Assembly (NCBI GenBank): GCA_951406725.2
Contig: OX597816.1
Location: forward strand, 95,232,001 to 95,296,000
Length of the DNA stretch: 64,000 nt
Source: Octopus vulgaris
Taxonomy: Eukaryota
Direction: 5' to 3'
Positions 13,470 through 26,144 of the stretch are shown here, piece by piece. The stretch's first letter is position 1, and each line of letters starts with the position of its first letter. The translations under genes were made by a program, and so were the position numbers. The notes beneath the pieces are model-generated. The model did not search any database and had not been told where the DNA came from. It worked only from the letters and a program-made list of their open reading frames with translations.

Positions 13470-14280
13470 AGCTAGGGAGGTGGTGGTGAAGTAAATGAAA
13501 GAAAAAAGGAAGAGAAGAAAGAAGTGAGGAAGAAGTAGGGAAAGATGTAAAATAAAGTCAAATTCGTCACGTGGTTAGTTCAAGGGAAAGGCAAAGAGCG
13601 AGACAATAAGAGCGTGATGCGATTGTAATCGATTATTTATTGGTTTGAACGATATTTCGACAGCTCGCCTGTCTTTTCCAAGTTCAAAATGTAAAATGAA
13701 GAAACTAAAAAATATAGAAATTCAAAAATATGAACGAGAAAATCCTGTGTTTCTACTTTGATAGAATAACACCATCAGTTTTCAATTTTGCAACTCGCAT
13801 AAAGGCAAATAAAGGAAAAAAAGGAATAGAAAAAAGAAAAATGGAAAAACGATATTTAGCCGAACAGTTGTGTGTAAATGTGATGAAATTCACTTGGCAT
13901 TTTATTCATTCTTCCAGGGCGTGATGTTAGTAACTCACAAACATATTTGTCTTTATGGGATTTCAGGTATGAAAGTATAGTAGATTCGGAATATTTTCTA
14001 AGAATGTGCACTTTGCAGCCGCTTGATGTAAAATGTTCGGCAAGTTCTGTCGGACTACTGCTGCTGTGCCTGGTGTCATAACTGTACCCATTGAATCTTT
14101 TGTTTAATTGTTATGTTGTACAGCCAACATAAATCAAGTTGTGTTCGGCGCATTCTTCTGTGTACACGTCCAACTTTCCATATAGATCATAATATTTCTG
14201 TTATTATTTGTGATAGAATTCACTTGACTCATGTTGTTGCACAATGAACAGGGCCTGTCTCTCTTGCGGCTGTTTTTCAT
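13470..14280 (-). mobile_element. Penelope-like element remnant: GIY-YIG endonuclease and 3' terminal region
   Basis: Broken translation PCSLC..WTCTQKN..ECAEHNLIYVGCTT*QLNKRFNG..TELAEHF..KVHIL..DKYVCELLTSRPGRMN. Hammerhead-like fold followed by AATAAA at 13635-13687. Confidence 0.8.
13644..13687 (-). ncRNA. Minimal or variant hammerhead-like motif
   Basis: Minus strand: tttgaac-TTGGAAAA-gacag(gcgag)ctgtc-GAAA-TATC-gttcaaa. Stems I and II are perfect but the core deviates from CUGANGA. Confidence 0.45.
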
Positions 14281-14685
14281 GGTGCAGCGTTTAGAAACTC
14301 CAATGTTAACACCTGGCTATGATACTCCCCCACTACATCTACTCGTGATCAGCGATACACATCTCGTCAGACATCAAGGGACATGCTCAAATGGTTAAGG
14401 TCAAACAACTGACTAGCAAACTTGTGGTATTGCGCAGAATATTTATTGTAGCCTATATGTTATACCAAGACAAAACAATGTACATGATAACACTTTCAAT
14501 AAAACCGAGCTGCCAGAAAGATTAGATCAAATCTGAAATTACGAACCAGGAATTAAGAAACCACAAGAACAATGAAAGGAAACTATATTATAATGTAAGC
14601 CACCTCAGGGAATTGACATGGCTTACATTCCCGGACGATCCGCCATTCTACCGCGTTTCATTCTAACATTGCCACTATCACTCCT

Positions 14686-14855
14686 CCTCCCTTCCCCTCC
14701 CATCCACATCCACCTCATCCCCTCCCCTCCCATCCACATTCACCTCATCCCCTCCCCTCCCCTCCACATCCACCTCATCCCCTCCCCTCCACATCCCCTC
14801 CCCTCCACATCCACCTCCCCCTCTTCTCCCCATGCTGCTGCTGCTACTGCTGCTG

Positions 14856-14927
<72 letters not shown>

Positions 14928-14945
14928 TACTGCTGCTGCTGACGA
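14686..14945 (+). repeat. ~30-bp C-rich tandem repeat followed by (GCT)n/(ACT)n
   Basis: Unit ccatccacatccacctcatcccctcccctc repeated about 3-4 times, then (ACT)n. Confidence 0.9.
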
Positions 14946-15558
14946 TGATGTTGATGATGTTGCTAGTGGTGGAAATAGTGATGGAGATGGTAGGGTAGGA
15001 ATAGTATTAGTGTTGACGGTGTTTGTATTGATGGTGATGTTGTTCTTCGGGATAATGTCAGTCACGACATTAATGAGTGCTGAACTCTGTAATCAATAAA
15101 TACATTCATTCAGGTTCATTTAAAATTAGTAATCAACGAATAAATAAATAGCTAGCCACTTACAGCGTCACCTAATAGTACAGGCTGCCTTTTGAACTTT
15201 GAACAACGAAGGAAGTCTGACATGACAGAAATTCTCTAGTAGAACACACAAATATTTGTAAAACATTTGTGTAAATATGGTAATGTAAGGCAAAATGATA
15301 ATGGGAGATGAGTTTCCACGTAAGGTAAACAACGGGAATTATTGGTCACACCATAGTAAAGACTTTGCCTTTTTATTTTCAGGGTAGTTAGATATTATCG
15401 AACAAGTATATTTGTCTAAAGTCAATGATCTGTTCGAAATAACAAACGCTTTTGTACGAAGACCATCACGATTCGAAATCGAAAAGGAGACATGCGAAGC
15501 TTAATTTCAGATCATTTGTTACTAGTCGAACATTATGTGAATATGTTCCACTTATTAA

Positions 15559-15952
15559 GGCGGCGAGCTGGCAGAATCGTTAGCATGCGGGGCGAAATGC
15601 TTAGAGGTATTTCGCCTGCCGCTACGTTCTGAGTTCAAATTCCGTCGAGGTCGACTTTGCCTTTCATCCTTTCGGGGTCGATAAATTAAGTACCAGTTAT
15701 GCACTGGGGTCGATATGATCGACTTAATCCGTTTGTGTGTCCTTGATCGTCCCCTCTGTGTTTAGCCCCTTGTGGGTAGTAAAGAAATAGGTATTTCGTG
15801 TCTTTACGTTCTGAGTTCAACTTCCACTGAGGTCGACTTTGCTTTTCATCCTTTCGGGGTCGATAAATTAGGTACCAGTTGCGTACTGGGTTCGATCTAA
15901 TCAACTGGTCCCCTTCCCCAAAATCTCGGGCTTTGTACCTGGAGTAGAAAAT
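15559..15952 (+). mobile_element. Dimeric tRNA-derived SINE (family B, Meta/MESC-like central domain) with a 17-bp TSD
   Basis: A/B-box-like head (gctggcagaatcgttagc..gagttcaaattcc). Central gtcgactttgcctttcatcctttcggggtcgataaattaagtaccag occurs twice. TSD aatatgttccacttatt at 15540-15556 and 15953-15969. Confidence 0.9.
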
Positions 15953-18809
15953 AATATGTTCCACTTATTGAAAAACCAGAGTCTCGTTGTGAAAACAGGA
16001 AATACACGCTGTATGTTTTCATCGCCAGGCACAAACCGTTGCATTCAGTGCGGAAGTCAAAGCACTATTATGCTTTTCTAAAAATAATTTTCCATGTAGT
16101 TTTTACTTTGTTGGACTGAAATTATTATACACATTTTGAAAGTAATAATCCTTCTCTATTAGTTACTGCAGTTAGAACAGCTACGAAACCCAACCAGACT
16201 AGCTCAATGTTAAAAGCGTAGCTGTAGCTCTTGGGATGGAACTGGTAAAAAAGTAATAAAACTAGAAAATAAAGTTTATACAAAATAAATGCCCACAAAG
16301 TTGAGTTCGTTAGTGTAGCGAGTTGTAATCTATTTTATTCTAAAACAGAATCAACATTAAACGAAGTAATGAAACCTAAAAATTTAGATACAATTGACTG
16401 AAGGAGTGAAAAACACGAATAAGAAAGTAACAAATACAAAAATATCAAAAGCACTATAAATGACAGCAAAAAAAACCCACTATGACCAATAACAATAGTA
16501 AAATCATCATAATTATCAGCAACACATTTTACAGCCGGAATAGTAGTAACAGTGACAACTACTGCATCAATGTCATCATCATCTTTGATTCCACGCCGCA
16601 AATTACTTTGTTAGTTGATTTACTCATGTAAGTAAATTTGATTACAAGTGAATTTTATTAGAAGCTCCACATTTGATGGTGCTTGCTGCATTGAAATTTT
16701 TTGTTTGAAAGTGTTATATAATGGTGACTTTATATTTTAGACATCAGACGTCAGCGGTAGTCCGTGAATTATGCGTCTCAGAGAGATCATATTTCTTCGT
16801 TATTTTTTCATAAAACTTCTGATATATTTTATTTATGAGCAACAAGGGAATGAAGAAATTATCAATGAAAATATATGAATGGGGGTTATTACTAATTTGT
16901 TAGAAGATAAATTCTCATTAATATTCTGGGTAGTCAATAGAAAGTAGTCAAAGAATCACTAGAATGATTCTCGTGATGTTAAAATTTAATTGATACCCTC
17001 TACCATTATTATTATATATGTGAAGGGTATTCGTTATGCGTAAGAAAGTCGTATGACATCACTATAGTAAACAAGTCATTTTCATCAATATTTCGAATCA
17101 AGATGGAAATGAAAATTTAGGTTATATGGTGAAATTAAAAATAACAAAATTGTAGTCTACATAATTACTCTAAAGTCTTCAAAAATTATATCATCCGTGT
17201 AGCAAATGTAAAGATAAAATTACAGATAATAGTAAACACCTGCATCTTTTGACCCTATATTATGATTTTTAACCAATAACAATGTTGCTAGAGAGAAGAC
17301 TAAATGTTCAACTCTGAACTCAGGTTATTTTGTTAAACAGATACCCCATTTTGTTGTAGGTAGTATTCTTTATGGAATATATCATTATGCTGAAAAATGT
17401 CATTGTATTTTGTTGATTGAATGAATTATGCTGATTGCATATAATGAAAACTGATTAAAAGTTTATGACAGGAAGGAAAGAAAGTGAGAGAAAAGGAGGG
17501 AGAGTGACTCAATGTTTGAAAGCGAGACAATTTTTATTCAGTTGAGTATCATATACTTTCACGCATTGAAACTATTCTAATAGTCGGCTTCTTAACTCAG
17601 ACATCTTTCTTCCTGTCGTTTCATATACAAAGATTATCTAGATGTGAAGGGCTTTTTTGTCCATTTAAAAAAAATTTAAGATGTTAGTGTGAGATTTGTG
17701 AGATAAATATGGTTGGTATTCCTAGCAGGCAAAACAACTTTGTAGAGATACCCTTGTTAGCTTATGTAAATGTATTAGTGCATTAGATCATTTAAATTAA
17801 GGTTGGTCATAATTATTCTTATAGAATGATGATGAACTACTCCGGTCACCGAGAAAATAAATACCAGCAATGTAATCATAAAAGCTTTAAAAATGTCTGG
17901 CATAGGTGTTGACTGCTTTTATATTCATACAGCTATTTATATCTGTTAGAAAGTGCCTCGCAGCAGGAAGTTCTAATGACTTAGCAGTATTATAAGACAG
18001 GATATATTTTGGAAGAGTTTGAAAGAGTAAAACTGAAATGAACAATGAAATATTGCAAGAAGAACTAAAATGCTGGCAAATTGACAATAGTAATATAAAT
18101 TTGAATGATCAATAATGATAATATTTTACTCACAAAGACAATCTCCCTCAAAAAGTTGATTAAGTGATCATTCAGTTTCCAACGCCGATAGAAATAATGC
18201 CTGTCAGGTTAGAACGATAAGTTCAAGTTAAATAAATGGCATAAAATCCTGTAAATAGAGAAGAAACGATGCCAAATATTACTCAATAGAATAATAATTT
18301 ACTTGCAGCCAAAGTCGATAGAAAGTAATTAATGTCGATATATGGGTCACAAATTCTTATAGGTAGTCTTTGTATGTAGACAAAACTGATGTTTAAATAA
18401 TAATAGAGTAGGTTTAATTATTTTATTCTCGTCAAGCTTCGTTAGCGTAAGTATAGCTGTTACTATTGATTGTTGGCTCCGTAGTAACAGATTACTATAT
18501 AGACATGTTCGTAAAACGCACTGAGTGGCGAAGGGAAACGATATTAATTGATAATTTAAGCATAAATATATGCTAACCAGATATTTAAAATAATATAACG
18601 ATGGGTTTGATTGGTTCTAATGAATTCAGCATAAAAGAATAATCACACGATTATTAGAAAAAAGATTAGGTGTTCAGGTGACAGTTGAACATATTTTACC
18701 TAAGCAAAGCAAGGGAGAAAACTTCGAGCGGTTTAACTAAATAATGAGGACATCTTAATAAACGCAAATTGACATGAGAACCAGATAAGAGAACAAGAAA
18801 ACTAAACGG

Positions 18810-20175
18810 GACCGAGCCTACAAAAAAACTGTCCCTAAAAGGTCTGGTGGAGGTGGCGAACGCGTAGATCATGTCCATCATCTACTACCGCCTGACCGTC
18901 GTGCCTTGTCTCAACTCTACCATCACCAAACTGGAACGCATTCTCTGCCGCTTCTTGTGGAAAGGATGCGTTCCGATGGTCAGTCGATCCGTTTGCTGCC
19001 AACACCCGTTAAAAGGATAGCTGGGCATGTGGTGGCTGATGATGTGCAGATATGCGCTGAGACTGCGACATCTCCAGCTCTACGTAAACGACTGTGAATA
19101 GGTGTGGTCGCCGTTTGTGAGGCGCGCTTTCCCTCACCTCATCTCCATGGCCGAACTGCAATCGTGGATCAAAAAGAGGCTGAGGAAGGGCGAATGGCAC
19201 CGCGAGTGTTACATTGCTCTCGAGAAACTATGCCGTCCCAGGTCGACCTTGTGCGACTGCAACACAACCAAAGCATTCTATAGGGGCTTAGTGGAGGGGA
19301 GGTGCGGCGACAATCTCGCGGCGAACCTGGGCGTCGACGAGGAACACCTGACCCGCCTGTTTAAAATGACTTTCTGGCGGGAACCTATGGACAACTTCCT
19401 GAGATTACTGGCCTGGTAGTGTTATCGAGAAGCGATGCCCGTTCAGAACAAGCTCTACAGGCTTGGCTCGAGAAACCCGGGGCCGACCTGCCCGAGAAGC
19501 GGTCAGAGCGACGAAACCGTTCTGCGCGCACTCTTGTAGTGTCCAACCATTTCCGACCTGTGGGCGTATGTCGAGCGGCCGCTATCGCGTGTGGGACGAG
19601 TCGGTTGATCAACCGAGTCTCGCGTGAATATTTTCGCGTCTCCTTCCTTCAAACGGGAAGGAAGAGCTATTTTTATCGTACTTGTGGCTATGGGGAAAGA
19701 ATGTGTATGGTGGACGCGTCTGAAAGGTCTAGAGACAAACACTTTCTTCACATCAACTTATTCAAGTATGAAAGAGGGAAGTCTTGTCTAGTGAATGTTT
19801 CAAAGAAAAAGAAAAAAAGGTGGGTGAATGTAGCAAGGATGGTACGTGTGAATGACGGAGCCACCTTGAGCATAATCCTATGAACCAGAAAAAGAAATGA
19901 AAAAAGAGAGTCACTTACTGTAATGTGTTTTTTGCATGACATTATTGCCCGAGGTTACTGTGGATAAACCTAATCTGTTTCCCCTTTTTACATTATGATA
20001 TTTCTGTGATACACAATCCCTATTAATCGGGTTCCTTTTTCCCCTTTCTTTCCACGATCCCTTTTAATCGAAATTCTACCCCGCCTTTTTTCTCCTTCTT
20101 TTCCAAAAATAAAAGCTCTACTTTGTATTTTGTCCCCTCTGTGTTCAGCCCTGTGTAGCTAATAAAGAGACGTAT
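18810..20175 (+). mobile_element. 5'-truncated L1/Tx1-clade LINE (post-RT region, CCHC knuckle, 3'UTR)
   Basis: Broken translation KLSLKG.VEVANA..IIYYRLTVVPC..KLERILCRFLWKG..CCQHPLKG.LGM and TCPR.GQSDETVL.AL..CP. GC-rich body, pyrimidine-rich UTR, AATAAA at 20161. Confidence 0.85.
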
Positions 20176-20602
20176 CTATATAAGGGTTAGTTGGCCGGGC
20201 ATACCTGGTTCAACAGCTTAGAGTGATTCTAATAAGCGGTAGTCAGGGCAGTTGAGCAACTATCCCGCTATCTCTGAGCCATCGTTAACAAGGGAAATTG
20301 AATCCGGTGAAAGGTGGTGAATGAAGTGGGGGGGAAAAACGAAGGAATGTAATGAGGAAGTTGAAGGTGTGAGGGTGAGATATGGACTGGGGGAGACGAG
20401 ACGTACATTAACAATCTCAACTCAATTCAATTGACAACCATTGTTAATCAGTTTGTATCAGTGCCAAAATTACATTTGAATACAGGCGCAAACTCATACA
20501 CATACACGCACACACATGCACACTCACACAGACTCACATATTCGTAAATTCAGGCAAATACATATGTATACACTAGAGTATATACATGAAACTGATTAAG
20601 AT

Positions 20603-20638
<36 letters not shown>

Positions 20639-20659
20639 TTATATAAATATATATATATA

Positions 20660-21070
20660 TATATGTTTTTGAGGGACACTGATGTAAAACCAGCGGCTTC
20701 ACTTGATTACTGGTCATCTCGATTCAGCCTGACGCTAGATATTAATCATGGAGACACACAAAGTGGAACTAGTTTAAGTATTTATCACTTTAATACGTTG
20801 ACATACAGATGTCTTTTTAGGGTTAACCTCATCTGTCATCCCATCAACTGAAAGTTCTATGGCAATAGAAGAGTGGTGATGTGTGCTGACCTAAACTTCT
20901 GGAAGCACACAGTAAGTTACAACTTTCCTCTGTCACTTACGCTTCAAATCATGCAGATCTGCAACAACACTAAATAGACATCTGAGAGTCGTCGATGGAA
21001 AGACAGGAATGCTATTGACAACGAGGAAGCACAAGGAAACGGCAATAATTTGTGAAAATAAAGCAATCAC

Positions 21071-21072
<2 letters not shown>
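20660..21072 (+). mobile_element. Degenerate RTE-type LINE 3' end with a C2H2-finger remnant
   Basis: FLCHLRFKSCRSATTLNRHLR near 20925-20987. Terminus resembles that of 22100-22680 and runs into (TG)n. Confidence 0.45.
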
Positions 21073-21106
<34 letters not shown>

Positions 21107-21654
21107 TAATAACACCCATATACATACGACTTTAGATATTAATGTATAGAGTACATAAAGATTTATGTATATCGAAGCATATATGTGAGTTTTATTTCTG
21201 TATATATCTAACACTGAATCTATATTATAGAATTATATAAAATATTTAATCGAGCATTAAGCACGTCTGCTTTGTATGATCACTGGATTATGCACCATCT
21301 TTCCAACGATAATTTGCTACGTACACATCTACGTTACTAGAGTAGCTATACATAATTATGAAGATATATATGCTGATAATGATAACTCTCAGTGTTCCTC
21401 ATAAAAATACTCCACTTATTCTACAAGCAGCTCATCAATTAGTTAGTTGTTTCATAGTCGTCTGAAAAGGGTAAAGAAGATTTCTTATTCGATGCCAGTT
21501 AACTGTATCGTCCTACACACTTTTACAAAAATCAATTACTATAATAAATAAAATTCCATATTTTTATAGCAGCAGTTATTTTATTATATATATATATATG
21601 ATCTATGAACTATATTATATATATATATATGTTTATATATTATATATTATATAT

Positions 21655-21685
<31 letters not shown>

Positions 21686-21687
21686 CG

Positions 21688-21792
21688 TTTAAATATTTGT
21701 TGTGCAAGATTTTTATGTGAAGTCGTGTGTTGAAACAGATATTGTTATATTTCGGAATTGGCTAAACTGGCAATATGACCATTCCGAAATAT

Positions 21793-21800
<8 letters not shown>
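21688..21800. repeat. Fold-back element between (TA)n tracts
   Basis: Perfect 20-bp inverted repeat atattgttatatttcggaat (21739-21758) / attccgaaatataacaatat (21781-21800). Confidence 0.85.
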
Positions 21801-21856
<56 letters not shown>

Positions 21857-22045
21857 AAATTTTGAGACGTCATAAGAACTTAGAAACTTCGAGATGAACG
21901 TGAAATAATGTATATGGTTTTAAATAATAGCGTGTAAGTATTGGATTAAAGATCCTTTGGATAGAAAAAATGTAAGTGTGCACATATTTACATGCTATTT
22001 GTAGCGTTATATTACATATGCTTTATGTTTCAATGTTCCAAATTC

Positions 22046-22099
<54 letters not shown>

Positions 22100-22104
<5 letters not shown>

Positions 22105-22680
22105 TGCCTTCTCCTGATGCAGAGTTTGACCCCCTCATGTACCTACACCTTAGAACCATCATGACACCTGATGTGGCTTTTTAAACCAGATGATATTCTG
22201 AAAAGACTGCCACATGGATTGCATATCCGATTTGGACCACCAAGAGCTGCAGTTAAGTCCTGATCTTTGTGGATCTTAAAATATCTTTTGAGGTCTCCGT
22301 TAGATTTGCAAACCTTCTGGCATACATTGCATTGAAAAGTGTGCACAGACATGTAGGCATAATAGTTGGTGGAGGTTCGTTTTCCATGGGTTCGCAAATG
22401 AGATTTGAGCCCAGCAAAAGAAAGGCATGGTCTGTCACAAACTGTGCACACAAAAAGGTCATTGTGATTCACCTTCTTGATCATAACATTCTTCCTTAAA
22501 TCTCTTTTGAGTCTTGCATGCATCATCCTGGCCTCTTCAAACGCTTTCACTCCACTCCACACTTTTGTTCGCCATCCAGCTCGATCCGAAGCAAGGGTTT
22601 CTATGTCCTCTGGATTCATTCCAAGTGACTTCATACTAGTCCCTACACCGTCATTAAAACGTTTTTCAGGTTGATCCCAT
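22100..22680 (-). mobile_element. RTE (BovB-like) LINE 3' end encoding three C2H2-type zinc fingers, (TA)n tail
   Basis: KRFND..LASDRAGWR..GVKAFE (typical RTE C-terminus), then CTVC..H..H, CNVC..Y..H, CNPC..H..H. Short UTR ending in (TA)n. Confidence 0.8.
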
Positions 22681-25600
22681 AGTGTTTGTGTGTGTGTATG
22701 TGTGCTTGTGTGTGCGCGCGCGCGAACTTGCTTTAATATAATTTTGGCAACACCAAAATAAATGAGTTGCAAATCCGATGGATACTCAAACTCTTTTTTG
22801 TGTCATCAAAGTATTCTCCAAAGCAATTATAGAGTAAAATTACAAATAGTTTTTTATAGAGTTAATTGATAAGTTTGTATCAACCTCAATAGCTTTTACA
22901 CTTAAAAGAAAACAAGAAAAGTACATGTTGACACAAGTACTTACACACCCTTCATCCACTACCAGAATACTCGTAATATTAGGTAATCATATCACAAAAT
23001 TGTCATGTCTTGGTTGAGAATAATGTAAAAAGAGAAGACAAGTGAGATAAAGAGAGAGAAAGAGAGGGAAGGAGAGAGAGAGAGAGAAAGAAAGAGGGAG
23101 AGTGTGAGAGTGAGTTCATGCGTGTATGTGTATGCTGAATGAACAATTACCTGTTATATAAAAGAAATCCGCTTGTATTTGTCAACCAACTAAACAACAA
23201 GAAACAAAAGATGACGCCAGTGAAGAAACCGAAGTCGGTTTTCACCTTTGTGAAAACGGAGTCATATCATGCAGCTGTCATAAAAATGCAATCATTGAAA
23301 CAACTGTAACATCAAACGAAAACACAATCCTTAGAGAATAAGAAAATGTCCTTGCATAGTGGCAACCGATCCAAACAACAGAAAAGAGAGATTGCAGATC
23401 TATGGAAGGAAAAGGGAAAAGATAAAAGATTTGATGTTGGGTAAATGTGTAGCAAACTGCATATAAAGAAAAGCAAAGAAAATAAAACGCATCATTGTTT
23501 AGTTAAAATCTTGTCACTTCGAATTTACCATTTACATCATTGATTGACTAGAGACTATTAAATAAAACTTGTGCAAGATCCTTTGGTTTATGTCTATTTT
23601 ATTCAAAGAACTCGACAGATTTATTGCTGCAATGTGTAGTTGATTGTGAGTATTTCTTTTGTGAGTACTGCTTGTGACAGTTGAAATATTAACTTGCTTA
23701 CTACAGGGCATTAATATCGATACGATTTGTATGAGGCCTGTAGATGTAAAAACGTGGGAACAACAATCAATTTTCCATTTCATGAAAGTACAGTCACTGA
23801 CTCCGTATGAGGTACACATCACATATATAACATTACACAGTGTATAACAAGATTCAGAAACTTAGTGAATAAAGTTTAGGCATTAGTGCTTTGAAATCAG
23901 AGCATAAACTAATCTAAATGTCAGTTAATATGAGATGCAAAGTAATTTTTCTTTTTGGTTATACAATCTTTCAAGTTAGCAGATATTTGGACAAAAGAAT
24001 CCATTCTCTATTTTCAAACCATAAGTACATAGCTGGAGTAACTGGAAAGATTTCAATTCAAGTAGTTTAGATCATAATCATATCATAAATTGTGTTGCAG
24101 ATTCTTCGGTTTTGTATTCAATTTATTTGGGTTCTACAAAATTCTCATTCATACATTTTATGTAATAAAGCGAAAATATTAATGATAGAGATAAAATTTT
24201 CTATCGAAACTATTTTAAAGAAATGATTGCCATTAAATAAGTTTATTTAGGAGAATTTTTGACAGAAGAAATAATAGCATTTTATGATTTCTGTAAATGT
24301 AGTACATAAACATCTCCATAAAAAGTAAATCTTGCGTGCTGATCATTGTGAATCAGATTAGATTTAACCAAGTTGAATTTTGAAGAATTCTTAGTCGCTT
24401 TTTTTTTTTATATAATGACGTTCATATTATTTAATTTTCTCTTAGCATTTATGTATCACTTAAAGTGTTTTTCAGAAAAAGAAAAAACTACTAATATAAA
24501 TTTTAGAAGCATAGTGCATAAGAAATGCATTTGTTTTTTGAACAGAAGTTGCAGCTATATATTCTAATGGCTTGCATAGCAATTTCGACTGTTTTATTGG
24601 AATATCTAGCCCTTACATTCAGATATTATATTAGGTTTGTATTATAAAAATTAGATATACTTTGTAAAAATTTATTAAAGCGGTATATTTAACATACATA
24701 TGTGGTTTTTTCCACTGTCTTGTTACGATGAAAAAGAACCTATGTCATCAAATATCACAGACATTAGACGCGTAATTGTTGGCAGAGTTATTTTGTTGGA
24801 AAAACGATATCATCTAGCAACCAAATGTCGTCTGTTTTCTGTTAATTCAGTGTTTGAATATGTGCATATGCGTATTACACCGAGCTTCATATCGCTTTTT
24901 CAAGCAGCGTTTACACCTTGGAGGAAATATCGTTTTACCTTGCCCTAACAGCCCCTAAATTGATACGGGCGTAGTATAATTGGCAGTAGAGAAAATGCAC
25001 TTTAATACTCATATTAAATTCTAGCTTATTGAAGAAAGAAATGTATCTAATTCCCCCATTTCTTCATAGCTTTCATATATGCTATTATCCAAAAATTTGA
25101 AATTAAATTCTGCGATTGCTACCCAGAAAGCGTCCCAACAGTGTTAAGTAAACTCACAAGCACCTCACTTTCAGTTACTGTTCTTATTTTAGGCTCACCA
25201 ACGGTATTTGCCTTCAGATTCTCTCGGCTTAGAGCAGGAAATTGTCCACATATATTCGAAAGAACCAGTTAACATGTCTAAAGTTTTAACAAAATGTTTC
25301 ATTAAACTTACATTGATATCAAGTACTAGGAGTAATGTGCTATATAGTTTTTACGAAGAGAGTATTCATAATATTGTTTTTTCCAGTATCAAAGTCCCTT
25401 TTTTTTCAGGCCATTTCTTTCCCACCCAGTAGTTTCGTTTCTTTCGAGGATTCTATAAACACAGGGAATAAGGAAATTTAATGCAACCGTTCAGTTGACA
25501 AAGCAGTATTAAGTTCATTGTCAAATCCTTATATACTGTCGAATTGTATTCAAATTATTCAAGTCATTTCAGTATCACTCTCATACTTCCATCGCTTTCT

Positions 25601-25767
25601 TTTGTATGTACAGACTGGTCAGTCAGCACAGATACAAATACATTCCATTACTCAACAAAATGATTCCTACTGACATCCTATTGCTTTTAACAAATCATTA
25701 ACATCACAATAATAAATATTTCCAGCTTCCACGCTAAAAGAATGCAACAGAGACTTTCCCTATATTT

Positions 25768-26144
25768 TATACTTTTATTTGTTTCAGTCACTAGACTTTA
25801 GTCATGCTGGGACACAGCCTTGAAGAATTTTAGCCGAACGAATCAACCCGAATGCTCAATTTTTAAGCTTGACCCTTATTCTGTCGGTCTCTTTTGTGTT
25901 CTCTAAGTCACAGGAGCTAAACAAACCAACACCGGTTATCAAGCGGTGGTAGGGGACAAATTCAGACACGCACACACACACACGACGGGCTTCATTCAGT
26001 TTCCGTCTACCAAGTCCACTTACAAGGCTTTGGTCGCCCTTAGGCTATAGTAGAAGACACTTGCCAAGGTGTCACGCAGTGGGACTGAACCCGGAACCGT
26101 ATGGTTGGGAAGCAAACTTCTTACCACACAGGTACGCCTGCGCC
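25768..26144 (-). mobile_element. tRNA-derived SINE family A, full length
   Basis: Head tgtgtggtaagaagtttgcttccc..ggttcagtcccactgcgtg, central (TG)n, tail ..gactgaaacaa. Multicopy in the window. Confidence 0.9.

Noticed and set aside
14310-14497. Segment that looks like a piece of an interspersed repeat
   Set aside because: No second copy or diagnostic motif within the window, so it cannot be classified
14618-14998. Pro/His/Thr-rich 126-aa ORF
   Set aside because: Made entirely of tandem and trinucleotide repeats, with no splice or homology support
15559-15650. tRNA gene at SINE heads
   Set aside because: A/B-box-like motifs are present but there is no complete cloverleaf, and they continue into SINE bodies
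22143-22772. Host C2H2 zinc-finger gene
   Set aside because: The ORF start runs through a microsatellite, the upstream part is an RTE C-terminus, there are no TGEKP linkers, and it ends in a retro-type tail
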